Assembly (NCBI GenBank): GCA_965277405.1
Contig: OZ255726.1
Coordinates: 1,152,001-1,216,000, forward strand
Direction of reading: 5' to 3'
Length of the DNA: 64,000 bases
Source of the DNA: Gammaproteobacteria bacterium
GTDB lineage: Bacteria > Pseudomonadota > Gammaproteobacteria > G965277405
The notes below the pieces were generated by a model that was not told the DNA's origin, did not search any database, and saw nothing but the letters and a program-made list of their open reading frames with translations. The position numbers were made by a program, and so were the translations under genes. The first letter of the stretch is position 1. Each line of letters opens with the position of its first letter. This document shows positions 52,774 to 63,719 of the stretch, piece after piece.

Positions 52774-54111
52774 TTAGTTATTCAAATTTTCAGCAAGTTG
52801 ATGCGCGAGCTCCAACACCTGTGTTGCGTTCAGGCGCGGATCACAACGGGTGTGATAGCGGTCTGAAACACGTTCTTCTGGGATATTTTGCAGTCCGCCC
52901 AAACATTCGGTGACATCAGCACCAGTCATTTCTAAATGGATGCCACCTGGATATGTGCCTTCTTCACGATGGGTGTGAAAGAAATCTCGTACTTCGCCAA
53001 GTATTGCATCAAAACGGCGGGTTTTGTATCCATTTGAGAGCTTCTCAGTATTGCCATGCATTGGATCACAGCACCAAATCACGCGGCGTTGTTCACGCTC
53101 AATGGCGCGGAGTAATGTAGGTAGGTATTTTGGAATATTGCCATTACCCATACGGGTGATAAACGTCAACCGTCCTGGAACATTCTGTGGATTGAGGGTA
53201 TCACACAGCCGCAAAATATCACTCTGGGTTGTTTTTGTGCTAATTTTAACGCCGATTGGATTATGCACTCCTGATAAAAACCGTACATGCGCATGATTTG
53301 GATCACGCGTCCGCTCACCAATCCATACCATATGTGCTGAGCAGTCGTACCATTTACCTGTGAGTGAATCTTGTCGGGTCAATGCTTCTTCATAGCCTAA
53401 TAGCAGCGCTTCATGTGATGTGTACACTTCTGTTTCACGCAACTCTGGTGCAGTATGAGTAAATCCGCAGGCACTGATAAAATCTAAGGCATGCTTGATT
53501 TGTGACGAAATATCAAAAAACTCTTGCTTTTCATGTTCGGCAATGAAGTCTAGATTGAGTCGATGAATTTTATGTAAATCAGCAAACCCACCAGTTGAAA
53601 ACGCCCGCAATAAATTCATCGTCACTGCTGATTGATAGTATGCGGTCAACAATCTTTGTGGGTCAGGAATACGATCAGCGGCATTGAAGTTAATGCCATT
53701 AACATTATCACCACGGTAACTTGGTAATTTTACACCATCTTGCGTTTCAAAATTGTCTGAACGCGGCTTGGCAAATTGCCCAGCAATCCTGCCAATTTTA
53801 ACAATTGGTTTGCGGGCACCGTAGGTGAGCACCAATGCCATTTGTAGCAACACCCGTAATGTATCGCGTATAGAGTCTGCGTTAAATTCTGCAAAACATT
53901 CTGCGCAATCACCGCCTTGTAACAAAAACGCCTTGCCGAGCGCGACGTCTTTTAAGCGCTTGCGTAACCTGCGCACTTCACCTGCAAACACCAATGGCGG
54001 CAACTTTTCTAATTGTTGCAGCGCTTGATTATACGTGTCGATATCAGGATACGTTGGTTGTTGCAATATAGGTAAATTACGCCAATCAGACTTGTGCCAT
54101 TGGTTTTTCAT
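52774..54111 (-). CDS. Class II DAHP synthase
   Basis: LLQGGDCAE, GRIAGQFAKPRS, SHEALLL, WIGERTR, CDPMHGNT, CDPRLN. Confidence 0.96.
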   Translation of the reverse strand: MKNQWHKSDWRNLPILQQPTYPDIDTYNQALQQLEKLPPLVFAGEVRRLRKRLKDVALGKAFLLQGGDCAECFAEFNADSIRDTLRVLLQMALVLTYGARKPIVKIGRIAGQFAKPRSDNFETQDGVKLPSYRGDNVNGINFNAADRIPDPQRLLTAYYQSAVTMNLLRAFSTGGFADLHKIHRLNLDFIAEHEKQEFFDISSQIKHALDFISACGFTHTAPELRETEVYTSHEALLLGYEEALTRQDSLTGKWYDCSAHMVWIGERTRDPNHAHVRFLSGVHNPIGVKISTKTTQSDILRLCDTLNPQNVPGRLTFITRMGNGNIPKYLPTLLRAIEREQRRVIWCCDPMHGNTEKLSNGYKTRRFDAILGEVRDFFHTHREEGTYPGGIHLEMTGADVTECLGGLQNIPEERVSDRYHTRCDPRLNATQVLELAHQLAENLNN

Positions 54112-54128
54112 AAAATAATATATCTCAA

Positions 54129-55397
54129 TTATTGATAACGCTTGCGCCACTCAGATTCAATTACAGTTGTCCAAGAAGCGTCTGGCTCAGGCAGCACTGA
54201 CCCAAGCTGTTGTGGAGATAATGTCGCAACTCCTAATGGTAGCGCGGCAAATTGCTGCTGCTGCTGCTGGGTTAATTTATCAACATTCAAAACAGTAAAA
54301 TCTCCCCATTCAGTAGGATTTTGCTTGCGAATCTGCGCGGTTGGCGACATCAAAAAATTTGCGACCACTTGCGCAGCAGCCTTGGCTTGGGCATTCTTGG
54401 GAATAGCAACAAAATGGGTATTGCCAATAGTTCCGCCATCAAGCACAAAGGTGCGCACGGTATCTGGTAATTGTCCGCTGACAATTTTTGAACTAGCTTC
54501 CGCGGGATTAAATGCCAAAGCAAAATCTATTTCACCATCGTTTAATAGTCGCATTTGATCTTCGATATTGTTGGCAAATGTTTGTCCTTGCTGCCACGCC
54601 GCGGCATGTAGGCGATCTAAAAACTTCCACATCGGGGCAAGTATGGTATGAGTGTCTACTGTGCTTGCTGGCTGTTGCAATACCTGTGTATCAGCAATTG
54701 TTGCATATGCGATTTGTTTTAAAAAAGTTGTACCAATGAAGTCTGGCGGCTTTGGATACGTCATTCTTCCTTGATGGTGTTCAGCCCATTTGAGCATTGC
54801 ATGCAGTGTCTTTGGTGGGTTTTGTAGTGTCGCACTGTCATACATAAATACGAGTTGTGCCATCCCCCATGGAGCTTCATACCCTGCTGTTGGCACACCA
54901 AAATCAAGTGTAGTTGTCGGCTTGTTAACGGTATCTACGAAGGAAAAATTTGGCAAATCTTCTGCAAAAGGACCAAATAATAATGATCGAACTTTGAGTG
55001 TTCTGAAATTCTCACCATTTAGCCAAATCAAATCGACAGAGCCGTTATCATTGGTGCGACCCGCCGCCGATTCTCGAATTATTTTTTTTACAATCAATGC
55101 AGTGTCGCTAATTTTTACATGATTGAGGGTTACGTCAAATTGCTCTTTTACCTGAGTTGCTACCCACTTAATGTAACTATTAATCTGTTGGCTGCCTCCC
55201 CAGGCATGAAAATACAGCTGTTGTCCACGCGCCTGATCAAGCGTTACCCGCCAATCTACACTTGTTTTCTCGGTGGCATTGGCGGAAAATGTTAAACATC
55301 CAGCAACAATAAACAGTACTCGCAGCAAATTTGCGGCAAACTTTTGGCATTTACTTGTAATTCGTATATGCATTGATGTGGGTATTATTTTTTTCAT
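54129..55397 (-). CDS. ABC transporter substrate-binding protein, YnjB-like
   Basis: ARGQ..YFHAWGG, GSVDLIWLNGENF, EAPWGMAQ, YPKPPDF.G.TFLKQ, GNTHFVAIP; no cognate permease nearby. Confidence 0.88.
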   Translation of the reverse strand: MKKIIPTSMHIRITSKCQKFAANLLRVLFIVAGCLTFSANATEKTSVDWRVTLDQARGQQLYFHAWGGSQQINSYIKWVATQVKEQFDVTLNHVKISDTALIVKKIIRESAAGRTNDNGSVDLIWLNGENFRTLKVRSLLFGPFAEDLPNFSFVDTVNKPTTTLDFGVPTAGYEAPWGMAQLVFMYDSATLQNPPKTLHAMLKWAEHHQGRMTYPKPPDFIGTTFLKQIAYATIADTQVLQQPASTVDTHTILAPMWKFLDRLHAAAWQQGQTFANNIEDQMRLLNDGEIDFALAFNPAEASSKIVSGQLPDTVRTFVLDGGTIGNTHFVAIPKNAQAKAAAQVVANFLMSPTAQIRKQNPTEWGDFTVLNVDKLTQQQQQQFAALPLGVATLSPQQLGSVLPEPDASWTTVIESEWRKRYQ

Positions 55398-55427
55398 ATA
55401 TAGTAATTTCACTTTGTAAGCGAGGAG

Positions 55428-55588
55428 ATGACACGGCGCGTTGTTAAAATATTGAGTGCAATAAATGACGCTGACATCCAGCTTAAATTTTGTGTGGACA
55501 GTTAATGGAAGAACCACGTTGAAACGTGCTTGTTATTTTTAAATTACATGCTAGAAAGATATCCTAGCACGAACGTTTTGATATTACC
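55428..55588 (+). pseudogene. Degenerate duplicate of the hisB 5' end
   Basis: ATGACACGGCGCGTTGTTAAAATA...CTGACATCCAGCT..ATTTTGTGTGGA...CATGCTAGAA aligns with 55866-56026, with frameshift and stop. Confidence 0.85.
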
Positions 55589-55598
55589 ATTTTTTGCG

Positions 55599-55839
55599 GT
55601 TGCTACTCGCTAAATGTAACTATTAATCTGTGGACTGCCTGTATGCATATAAATCCAGCTCTTGTCTACGTGCTTGATTAAGCGTTACTTGGCAGTCTAC
55701 ACTGTTGTTTGCTCAGTAGCATTGGCGAAAATGTGATACACCCATCAGCAATAAACAGTAGTTGCAGTTACTATTGCGACAAACTTTTGGCATATACTAG
55801 TAATTCGTATATACACTGATGAATGTGTTATTTTTTCAT
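55599..55839 (-). pseudogene. Degenerate duplicate of the YnjB-like SBP 5' end
   Basis: AATGTAACTATTAATCTGT, AAGCGTTAC, CAAACTTTTGGCAT, TTTTTTCATATATAGTA align with 55157-55406. Confidence 0.85.
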
Positions 55840-55865
55840 ATATAGTATTTCACCGATACAGATAG

Positions 55866-56450
55866 ATGACACGACGAGTTGCTAAAATATCGCGTACAAC
55901 AAACGAGACTGACATCCAGCTAGAATTTTGTGTGGATGGTCAAGGAAAGAACCAAATCTCTACGGGCGTACCTGTATTAAATCACATGCTAGAACAATTA
56001 GCCAGACACGGTCAATTTGATATTTATATTGATTGCAAAGGCGATGTTGCAATAGATGACCATCATTCAGTTGAAGATATAGGCATAGTTATTGGTACTG
56101 CACTGGCTGAGGCATTAGGTGATAAACGTGGCATTGTGCGGTTTGCACATGCGTATGCGCCACTTGATGAGGCATTATCTCGCGTAGTGATAGACCTAAG
56201 CGGTCGACCAAGCCTCCATTATAATGTCAGCTTTACCGCAGAACGTGTCGGTCAATTTGATTTACAGCTGGCGCGTGAGTTTTTTCAAGGCTTTGTGAAC
56301 TGTGCCTCTTGCACATTACATGTGGACAATTTGACGGGTATTAATGCGCACCATCAAATTGAATCAATATTCAAAGCTTTTACACTGGCCTTACGTCAAG
56401 CTGTGGCAATTGCTGGCGCTACAATCCCATCTACTAAAGGGGTTTTGTAA
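55866..56450 (+). CDS. hisB: Imidazoleglycerol-phosphate dehydratase
   Basis: R.TNETDI, HMLEQLARHG, DDHHSVED, PLDEAL, NAHHQIE, IPSTKGVL. Confidence 0.97.
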   Translation: MTRRVAKISRTTNETDIQLEFCVDGQGKNQISTGVPVLNHMLEQLARHGQFDIYIDCKGDVAIDDHHSVEDIGIVIGTALAEALGDKRGIVRFAHAYAPLDEALSRVVIDLSGRPSLHYNVSFTAERVGQFDLQLAREFFQGFVNCASCTLHVDNLTGINAHHQIESIFKAFTLALRQAVAIAGATIPSTKGVL

Positions 56451-56464
56451 GTGATAACAATACT

Positions 56465-57253
56465 ATGATACGAGTTGAAAACTTAACGTTTTATCGTGAC
56501 GACTTGTTGATATTTGATGATATAAGTTTCGAAATTCCTGAGCATAAAGTTACGGCAATCATGGGGCCAAGTGGCACTGGTAAAACCACACTGATACACC
56601 TGATGGGTGGCAGTCTTAAACCAAATGCAGGCAGTGTTTGTATTCGTGATGCCGAAGTACATAAGCTCTCTCGGGACGCGTTGTTTGCACTGCGGAAAAA
56701 TATCGGGGTGTTATTTCAGTCTGGTGCGTTATTTACTGACATGAGCGTGTATGAAAACGTTGCGTTTCCTCTGCGCGTTCATACTAAATTGCCTGAGGAC
56801 ATGATTCGTGATCTAGTGCTACTGAAACTTGAATCCGTTGGTTTACGCGGCGTCCACTCTTTTATGCCAAGTGAGCTGAGTGGAGGTATGGCACGGCGGG
56901 TTGCATTAGCTCGTTCTATTGCGCTTGACCCTAATATTATTATGTATGATGAACCGTTTGCTGGACAAGATCCGATTTCTATGGGCGTGTTGCTATCATT
57001 AGTGCGTAAACTCAATGATAACCTGGGGATGACTAGTATCGTCGTTTCTCACGATTTAGTCGAAACATTTTCGATCGCAGATTATGTGTTGGTCTTTGCA
57101 CAAGGTAAAATTATTGGGCAAGGCACGCCAGATGAGCTACGCAAAAGCAAGGCGCCAATGCTCAAACAATTTGTAAATGGCCTGCCTGATGGTCCTGTGC
57201 GCTTTCACCATACTGCTCCCAGTCTAAATGACGACCTATTAGGTAAATTTTAA
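56465..57253 (+). CDS. mlaF: Phospholipid ABC transporter ATPase MlaF
   Basis: [40 protein letters not shown]. Confidence 0.95.
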   Translation: MIRVENLTFYRDDLLIFDDISFEIPEHKVTAIMGPSGTGKTTLIHLMGGSLKPNAGSVCIRDAEVHKLSRDALFALRKNIGVLFQSGALFTDMSVYENVAFPLRVHTKLPEDMIRDLVLLKLESVGLRGVHSFMPSELSGGMARRVALARSIALDPNIIMYDEPFAGQDPISMGVLLSLVRKLNDNLGMTSIVVSHDLVETFSIADYVLVFAQGKIIGQGTPDELRKSKAPMLKQFVNGLPDGPVRFHHTAPSLNDDLLGKF

Positions 57254-57254
57254 G

Positions 57255-58040
57255 ATGTGGCTCCTTGATTTCATTGCATTACTTGGGCAAAAAACACTGG
57301 GTTCAGTGCGCTCTGTCGGGCGTGCTTCAATACTATTATTTCACGCTTTATATGCTAAGCCACAACGCAACGCATTCCATTTGGTCATTAAACAAATTCA
57401 TATGATTGGAGTACTTTCAATTGTCATTATTTGTGTTTCAGGTGCGTTTATTGGCATGGTGCTGAGTATTCAAGGCTATTCATTATTAAAAAACTACGGC
57501 AGCGAGCAAATTATTGGTCAGATGATTGCTTTATCGCTTATTCGTGAACTTGGGCCAGTGGTAACTGCGTTATTGTTTGCTGGGCGTGCTGGCTCAGCAA
57601 TTACTGCTGAAATTGGCCTGATGAAAGCTACAGAGCAACTAGCATCTTTAGAAATGATGGGGGTCGATCCATTGCGCAGAATCATTGCCCCAAGATTTTA
57701 TGGTGGGATAATTGCTCTGCCACTATTAACAATATTGTTTAACTACATGGGGATCATTTTTGGTGCATTAGTATCGATTGAATGGTTGCAGGTGTTTTCC
57801 GGTTCGTTTTGGGGCAATATGCAAGCAGTAGTGTCCTTTGATGGCGATATTGTCAATAGCATCATTAAGTCGATTATTTTCGCTTTTGCCGTTATTTGGA
57901 TATCTGTATTTCATGGATACGATTGCGTTCCAACTTCTGCAGGTATTAGTAAAGCAACTACAAAAACTGTCGTATACTCATCCTTGGCAATTTTAGGTTT
58001 AGATTTTGTGTTAACGGCTTTAATGTTTGGAGACTTTTGA
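57255..58040 (+). CDS. mlaE: Phospholipid ABC transporter permease MlaE
   Basis: [33 protein letters not shown]. Confidence 0.96.
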   Translation: MWLLDFIALLGQKTLGSVRSVGRASILLFHALYAKPQRNAFHLVIKQIHMIGVLSIVIICVSGAFIGMVLSIQGYSLLKNYGSEQIIGQMIALSLIRELGPVVTALLFAGRAGSAITAEIGLMKATEQLASLEMMGVDPLRRIIAPRFYGGIIALPLLTILFNYMGIIFGALVSIEWLQVFSGSFWGNMQAVVSFDGDIVNSIIKSIIFAFAVIWISVFHGYDCVPTSAGISKATTKTVVYSSLAILGLDFVLTALMFGDF

Positions 58041-58495
58041 TGATAAATATGCGTGTAATTGAATTAATGGTTGGCTTATTTGTGTTAGCCGCTATTGCGA
58101 GTTTAATTTACTTATCGTTAAACGTCAGTGGACTCACCCAGTCAAACGATGACACATACACATTACGCGCCTATTTTTCAAATATCAGTGGTCTGACATC
58201 TCGAGCAAAAGTTAGCGTAAGCGGTGTATCGATTGGCACAGTTGATTCAATCACCCTTGACCATGAAGAAAAAAGAGCGCTTGTATTGATGTCGATTAAT
58301 AAATCTGTTGATTATTTGCCAACTGATACAGCCGCGAGCATTTTTACTTCTGGACTACTTGGCGAAAAGTACATCGGCCTTATCTTTGGTGCCGACGAGG
58401 AATTTCTGACTGATGGTGATGTAATATACGACACCCAATCGTCAGTTGTGCTAGAGGACTTAATTGGCAGTTTTTTGTTGCGAGCAGATGAATAA
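58037..58495 (+). CDS. mlaD: MCE-domain protein MlaD
   Basis: [46 protein letters not shown]. Confidence 0.95.
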   Translation: MMINMRVIELMVGLFVLAAIASLIYLSLNVSGLTQSNDDTYTLRAYFSNISGLTSRAKVSVSGVSIGTVDSITLDHEEKRALVLMSINKSVDYLPTDTAASIFTSGLLGEKYIGLIFGADEEFLTDGDVIYDTQSSVVLEDLIGSFLLRADE

Positions 58496-58528
58496 ACACC
58501 ACTTTAGTCCATTTTTAAGGACACAGCT

Positions 58529-59197
58529 ATGCGTATAACGGGCACAAGCATCTTGCAAGCTATTGTGCTATTACTGTGCGGTATACTTGTTACTGCCAAT
58601 GCAGCAGCTGCGCGGCAGCTGCCAAATAGCAAAGAAGTAAATGGCCGTGTGCTCCAGATTATGCAAAGCATCTTGTATGACATTCGTCATACACGCACTA
58701 TTCTTGATACTGAAAATGCAAAGGATATCTATTATGATATCCTCAACAAGAATATTGCTCCAATCATTGACTTACCGCTTATTACCAAGCGCATCATGGG
58801 TAAGTATTGGCAAGATGCGAATCAAGTACAACGAAAAAAACTTGCCGATATTTATCATAATAATATTTTGATAACATATGCTGAATATCTTGCTAAAGCA
58901 GACCCAGCAACTATTGGTAAAACTATTGAATATCGCATTGTGCGCTCACCTCAAAAATCAAATATTTTTCGCATTGCTGTTCCAGTACTCCTTAAGCTTG
59001 GTGATACTGTGTATGAAGTAATATACGCCATGTATTACAACCGTAGCAGCAACCGCTGGTTGTTAGAAAATATTCTGATTAACGACATCAACCATGGTGC
59101 ACTGTATCGAGAAAAGTTTATCACCCTGATGAAAGTTCATGAAGGAAACTATGATAGGGTGCTCAGCTACTGGGGCGGTAGGATTCACTCACAATAG
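58529..59197 (+). CDS. MlaC/Ttg2D-family periplasmic lipid-binding protein, paralog 1
   Basis: PIID...ITKRIMGKYW..A...QR, W.LENI.IN.IN....YR..F. Confidence 0.8.
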   Translation: MRITGTSILQAIVLLLCGILVTANAAAARQLPNSKEVNGRVLQIMQSILYDIRHTRTILDTENAKDIYYDILNKNIAPIIDLPLITKRIMGKYWQDANQVQRKKLADIYHNNILITYAEYLAKADPATIGKTIEYRIVRSPQKSNIFRIAVPVLLKLGDTVYEVIYAMYYNRSSNRWLLENILINDINHGALYREKFITLMKVHEGNYDRVLSYWGGRIHSQ

Positions 59198-59209
59198 GAC
59201 ATTCAGCAC

Positions 59210-59890
59210 ATGGTAATTTTTTTATTATCTTATCGCATACGCTTTCTTTCATCAATACTGATAATTTGTACTGCACTTATAGCATATACTACAAATGTGC
59301 ATGCTGCCTCAAATACTAGTGATGCGCATACATCATTACAGGCGATGATTGACAATACTTTGGAAGCCATCAACACACTGCAGCTGCCTGATGACCCAAA
59401 GGAGGCTAATATTCTCCTTGACAAAACTATTAATAAAGAACTTGAAAGCATCATCGACTTTGATTTTATAGCTCGTAGGATCATGGCCAAATACTACAAA
59501 CAAGCGACTGATGATCAAAAACGCACATTTTCTAAGGCAAATAAACAGCAGTTTATATTTATGGTCAACAACACGCTATTGAGCACAGACATAAAAAAAT
59601 TGAGCAAAGGATTACAAATTATTTTGCAGCCAACTAAAGCTAAAGAAGCAAAACGAGTCCGTATTAAAGGCAAGGTGCGTGTAAACGGGAAAATTATTTC
59701 ATTGCGGTTTGAAATGTATTTTAACAGTAAATACAAGCGTTGGCTATTATCCAATATTATTGCGGCAGATATTAATTTGGCCATTAATTTACACCAACAA
59801 TTTGCCGTATTGATGGACAAGAATAAGCAAGATATCGATGCAGTAATTGCCTCATGGTCATCTGCTAAGAAAGTCTCTACCACACCATAA
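59210..59890 (+). CDS. MlaC/Ttg2D-family periplasmic lipid-binding protein, paralog 2
   Basis: IIDFDFIARRIMAKYYKQAT..QK..F, WLLSNII..DINL.....QQF, DIDAVIASW. Confidence 0.82.
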   Translation: MVIFLLSYRIRFLSSILIICTALIAYTTNVHAASNTSDAHTSLQAMIDNTLEAINTLQLPDDPKEANILLDKTINKELESIIDFDFIARRIMAKYYKQATDDQKRTFSKANKQQFIFMVNNTLLSTDIKKLSKGLQIILQPTKAKEAKRVRIKGKVRVNGKIISLRFEMYFNSKYKRWLLSNIIAADINLAINLHQQFAVLMDKNKQDIDAVIASWSSAKKVSTTP

Positions 59891-60296
59891 CATTACAGTG
59901 AACGAACAAGCTAGCGAACAACTCAACACTTTTGACAACCTTGATGCGGTTTGGGTGAAAAAATATCGCAACAACTATCTGCGTGTTGGTGGTGTAATAA
60001 ACACAACAACGGTCATTACATTACGAGAAGAAGGCCAGGTTTGGATTAACCGCCTGAAAGCAAAGTACTCAGAAGTAGTGTTTGATATGGAGCCAACTAA
60101 ACCACAAGGTGCGGTCTGTGCTTCATTGATGCTATGTTGGCTACGCTATGCAAAAAACACTGGCATGAATATTTCATTTCAAAATATTCCACAAGATATT
60201 GAACGAATTTTGTTAATGTCTGGCGTCTACAATCTATTAAACATTAAGTCAGTAAAGAAAAAACCATTCAGACAATATGATCTTGACCATTCATAG
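59847..60296 (+). CDS. mlaB: STAS-domain protein, MlaB-like; start uncertain
   Basis: LRVGG.I..TTV, SLMLCWLRYA...I.F.NIP..I..IL..SGV; position after mlaC. Confidence 0.7.
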   Translation: MPHGHLLRKSLPHHNITVNEQASEQLNTFDNLDAVWVKKYRNNYLRVGGVINTTTVITLREEGQVWINRLKAKYSEVVFDMEPTKPQGAVCASLMLCWLRYAKNTGMNISFQNIPQDIERILLMSGVYNLLNIKSVKKKPFRQYDLDHS

Positions 60297-60504
60297 CGCT
60301 ATTCAGAAAGTATTACCGCACGCTATAATACAAGTACGTGGCTCTGAGCGTAAATATCAAATAGATGTGACGGACCATTGCTTTGTTGCCCTAAATAAAG
60401 TGCAACGAACTCAAAAAGTATACTCATGTATTAACTCTCTGATTGCCGATGGTTCCATTCATGCTGTGCAAATAAGCACTTACTTACCTAACACTGCTTC
60501 TTAA
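60277..60504 (+). CDS. BolA/IbaG family protein
   Basis: F..LNKVQRTQKVY..IN..IADGSIHAV; position before murA. Confidence 0.85.
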   Translation: MILTIHSAIQKVLPHAIIQVRGSERKYQIDVTDHCFVALNKVQRTQKVYSCINSLIADGSIHAVQISTYLPNTAS

Positions 60505-61769
60505 TGGAAAAACTCCAAATTCGCGGTGGCAATATTCTAGAAGGTGAAATAGATATTTCTGGTGCCAAGAACTCGGCGCTACCAATTTTATCGGCGGTTT
60601 TATTGACTGATCAGCAAATGTTCATCCATAACGTACCGCATTTAAAAGATGTAACAACAATGATTAGCTTATTGGCTAATCTTGGCGTGAATATTCAGCT
60701 TGAAGATGACATGTGTATTTCTGCTACCCTTGCATCCCAGTCACATTGTATTGCACCATACGACATGGTTAAAACCATGCGAGCATCTATCTTAGTATTG
60801 GGACCATTGCTCGCCCATTTTGGCGAAGCGAAAGTCGCGCTTCCTGGCGGTTGTGCAATTGGCAGCAGGCCAATAAACTTGCATATTGAAGCGCTGCGTA
60901 CGATGGGTGCTGATATTAAGATTATCGATGGCTATATCCATGCCCAATCCCAAAACAGGCTACGCGGCACTACTTTTGTGTTTGAATCAGTAACGGTTAC
61001 TGGGACAGAAAATATTGTTATGGCTGCAACATTAGCAACCGGCACGACTAGATTAGAGAATTGTGCACGAGAGCCTGAAGTGACAGATTTAGCAAATTGC
61101 TTGAATGCTATGGGTGCAAAAATTACTGGCCACGGCACCAATACTATTATCATTGAAGGCGTAAAAAAATTACACGGGGCTCGACATTATGTACTCCCAG
61201 ATAGAATTGAGACTGGAACGTATCTGGTAGCAGCAGCTGCTACTTGTGGCAATATTCGTGTTAACAATACCCAGCCAAAATTACTTGAATCCGTTAAGCA
61301 AAAATTAATTGCAGCTGGGGCTAGCGTCCACTCTGGTGATACTTGGATGGAAGTAGATAACAGAAACAAAAGACCGAAGGCTGTCAGTATTGCTACCAGT
61401 CCATATCCAGGTTTGCCTACAGATATGCAAGCGCAATTTATCGCGTTAAATACAATTGCAGAAGGCGCATGCTCTGTCACAGAAAATATTTTTGAAAATC
61501 GTTTTATGCATGCTCTGGAAATGCAACGGATGGGAGCAAATATTACCTTGCGCGGCAATACAGCAATAATTACAGGGATACCAAAGTTACAGTCTGCGCC
61601 AGTCCAAGCAACGGATCTTAGGGCGTCAGCCAGCCTGGTTATAGCGGGTATGGTTACCGAAGGTGGTATCACAGAAATTAGCCGTATTTATCATATTGAC
61701 CGTGGTTATGAAACCATCGAAGAGAAATTCTCAAAGCTTGGTGCTGACATTCATCGCCTTCCTGCGTAA
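60504..61769 (+). CDS. murA: UDP-N-acetylglucosamine 1-carboxyvinyltransferase
   Basis: SGAKNSALP, MRASILVLGP, LPGGCAIGSRP, PDRIETGT, ATDLRAS, HIDRGYE. Confidence 0.98.
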   Translation: MEKLQIRGGNILEGEIDISGAKNSALPILSAVLLTDQQMFIHNVPHLKDVTTMISLLANLGVNIQLEDDMCISATLASQSHCIAPYDMVKTMRASILVLGPLLAHFGEAKVALPGGCAIGSRPINLHIEALRTMGADIKIIDGYIHAQSQNRLRGTTFVFESVTVTGTENIVMAATLATGTTRLENCAREPEVTDLANCLNAMGAKITGHGTNTIIIEGVKKLHGARHYVLPDRIETGTYLVAAAATCGNIRVNNTQPKLLESVKQKLIAAGASVHSGDTWMEVDNRNKRPKAVSIATSPYPGLPTDMQAQFIALNTIAEGACSVTENIFENRFMHALEMQRMGANITLRGNTAIITGIPKLQSAPVQATDLRASASLVIAGMVTEGGITEISRIYHIDRGYETIEEKFSKLGADIHRLPA

Positions 61770-62386
61770 TGCTTACTGTTGCCATCGGTAAAGGAAGAAT
61801 TTGTGAGCAAGCAATTCAACAACTTGCGAGTATCAACATTGTCCCCGCTACGCCACTGACAACGCGTAAACTGTTAATTCCTACCAATAATCCCAATATA
61901 CAGCTCAGCATTTTGCGTGGTAAAGATGTGATTACTTACGTTGATCTTGGTGCCGTTGATGTTGGACTTGTTGGCAAAGACTTAATTGAAGAAAGCAGCA
62001 ATAGCAACTTGCTAGAAGTAGCAAGTATTGGTCCTATCACCTGTAAAATGGTTTGTGCTGGGCGCATGGGTAGTCATCGATATACTCAAAGCCCAAATAT
62101 TGCAACCAAGTTCACCAACATTGCCCGTCAATATTTCGGTAATAAAGGTCTTGTTGCTAACATTATTCAACTTTACGGAGGCATGGAATTGGCACCCAAT
62201 ATCGGAATTGCCGACTATATTATCGATATAGTAGAAACTGGCGCAACATTACGCGCAAATAATCTGACGGTGTTCGACACCTTATTCGAAATATCAACAC
62301 GCGTCATTGTCAACCCTGTCAGTCAAATCGTTAAATACGATTCGATTCAACCGTTGCTAGATACATTCATCAACACAGCAGCATAA
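61769..62386 (+). CDS. hisG: ATP phosphoribosyltransferase, short form
   Basis: LTVAIGKGR, DV.TYV..G..D.G.VGKD, IATKF, ELAP.IG.AD.I.DIVETG.TLRAN. Confidence 0.95.
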   Translation: MLTVAIGKGRICEQAIQQLASINIVPATPLTTRKLLIPTNNPNIQLSILRGKDVITYVDLGAVDVGLVGKDLIEESSNSNLLEVASIGPITCKMVCAGRMGSHRYTQSPNIATKFTNIARQYFGNKGLVANIIQLYGGMELAPNIGIADYIIDIVETGATLRANNLTVFDTLFEISTRVIVNPVSQIVKYDSIQPLLDTFINTAA

Positions 62387-62537
62387 GGACGCAAGATTGA
62401 GCCCACTGTGCGCAACAATTCGTGTTGCGGGACGAAAACCCGTTGCCTTGTCCGCTGCATGATCGCGACTACGTTACAACAACGGCAAAACTACGACAAA
62501 CAAGCGAATATAGCAGCTTGCGCTGCTGCACGGAGCA

Positions 62538-63719
62538 AGACCACTGCATTAACAGATGTTTTCATAGAAAATATCTGTATTCCTCATTACTCAGAAAATC
62601 AGCGTCTGCGGAGTATCAACAGGTAAAAATCTTAGTTTTAGTGATGCTTTGGGAGGAAATTTCCTGGAGTGAACTTGATTGTTTGGTAGACCTCATACAT
62701 TGCAAGATCTTCGCCAACACCTGCGTATTGTGCCTAGCGACAATATCAGTATGTTTACAACACTGTTATTACCAACAGGGTACAATTTAGCAGATGAAGC
62801 TTGAGCCATGCAGGTGCTGGCGAATTAGTTTTCTTGAAATTTTGTAATTTTACTCTTGCAGGCAGCTGATGCGGCAATGGGTGTCCGTTTGCGGAAAAAG
62901 GTCAACACATAATCTTTGCAAAGCCCTGCTTGATGGCAGCATTCCATTGAACGTCAAAGCTTAAAACTAAGCAATGGCAATGTGTATCAGCGGATTACGT
63001 TGCTACAAAATGCTCGTCGTCGACGCCAGATGCTATCGAGTACGCATTAGCAAATGGAACACATGCAACAGGAGAAGTTGAATATGCCGATAATGTTGCT
63101 GCGTCATGGATGAGCAAAGGTGATAAGTTGCTGTATGGATATAGCTCTACTGTTGTAACAGATGAACATGGTATAGCGTTATCTGTTGATACGCATGCAG
63201 CGAATACCAGCGAGATGGGCAGATTTGCAAATGATATAGCAGATGCCCCTATCAAAGCCGGACAAACGCTTCTGTATGATAAGGGTGCTGCCAGCAAAGC
63301 AAATCAAGCATTTCTACGTGATAAGCAAATTCATGATGGAATTATGCGGAAAAAGCCACACGGTAAAGCAATGCCACACTGGCAAAAGGTGCGTAATAAG
63401 TTGATATTATCAAATTTGTGGTCGAGAGAACTTTCGGCTCAATGAAAAGGGTGTATGGTCTTCACCGCGCACGATATCTTGGCATAGCCAAAGTCCATGC
63501 TGATGTTGAAGGCGATGGCGTATAACTTGAAAAGGGCTAGCAATTATAGCAACAACAGCAGAAGTATTGCGCCTAAATTTAGGAAAATAGTCCGAAAAGC
63601 CCAGATAAATAGGCATATATGCGCCATTTTCGGCAAATTTAGTGATTTTTCAGTAAAAACCCCCAACTTGCAATTTTTTACTCTGCAAAGCAAAAAGTGA
63701 TGGGGTATTGCAGTGGTCT
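62538..63719 (+). mobile_element. Decayed ~1.18 kb IS5-family element with a multiply disrupted transposase
   Basis: TIRs AGACCACTGCATTA (62538) / TATTGCAGTGGTCT (63706-63719); fragments LSFSDA, LLYGY, YDKG, VERTFGSMKR, ARYLG, AYNLKR. Confidence 0.82.

Noticed and set aside
52774-54111. Class II DAHP synthase as unusual for a gammaproteobacterium
   Set aside because: Class II enzymes are known in several gammaproteobacteria, and linkage to aroC fits ordinary shikimate metabolism
54252-54270. (CTG)n triplet run
   Set aside because: Encodes a short poly-Gln stretch in the SBP; in frame and too short to imply a switch
1710-61672. Numerous antisense or alternative-frame ORFs of 60-190 aa inside housekeeping genes
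   Set aside because: Shadow ORFs fully overlapping well-supported genes, with no motifs
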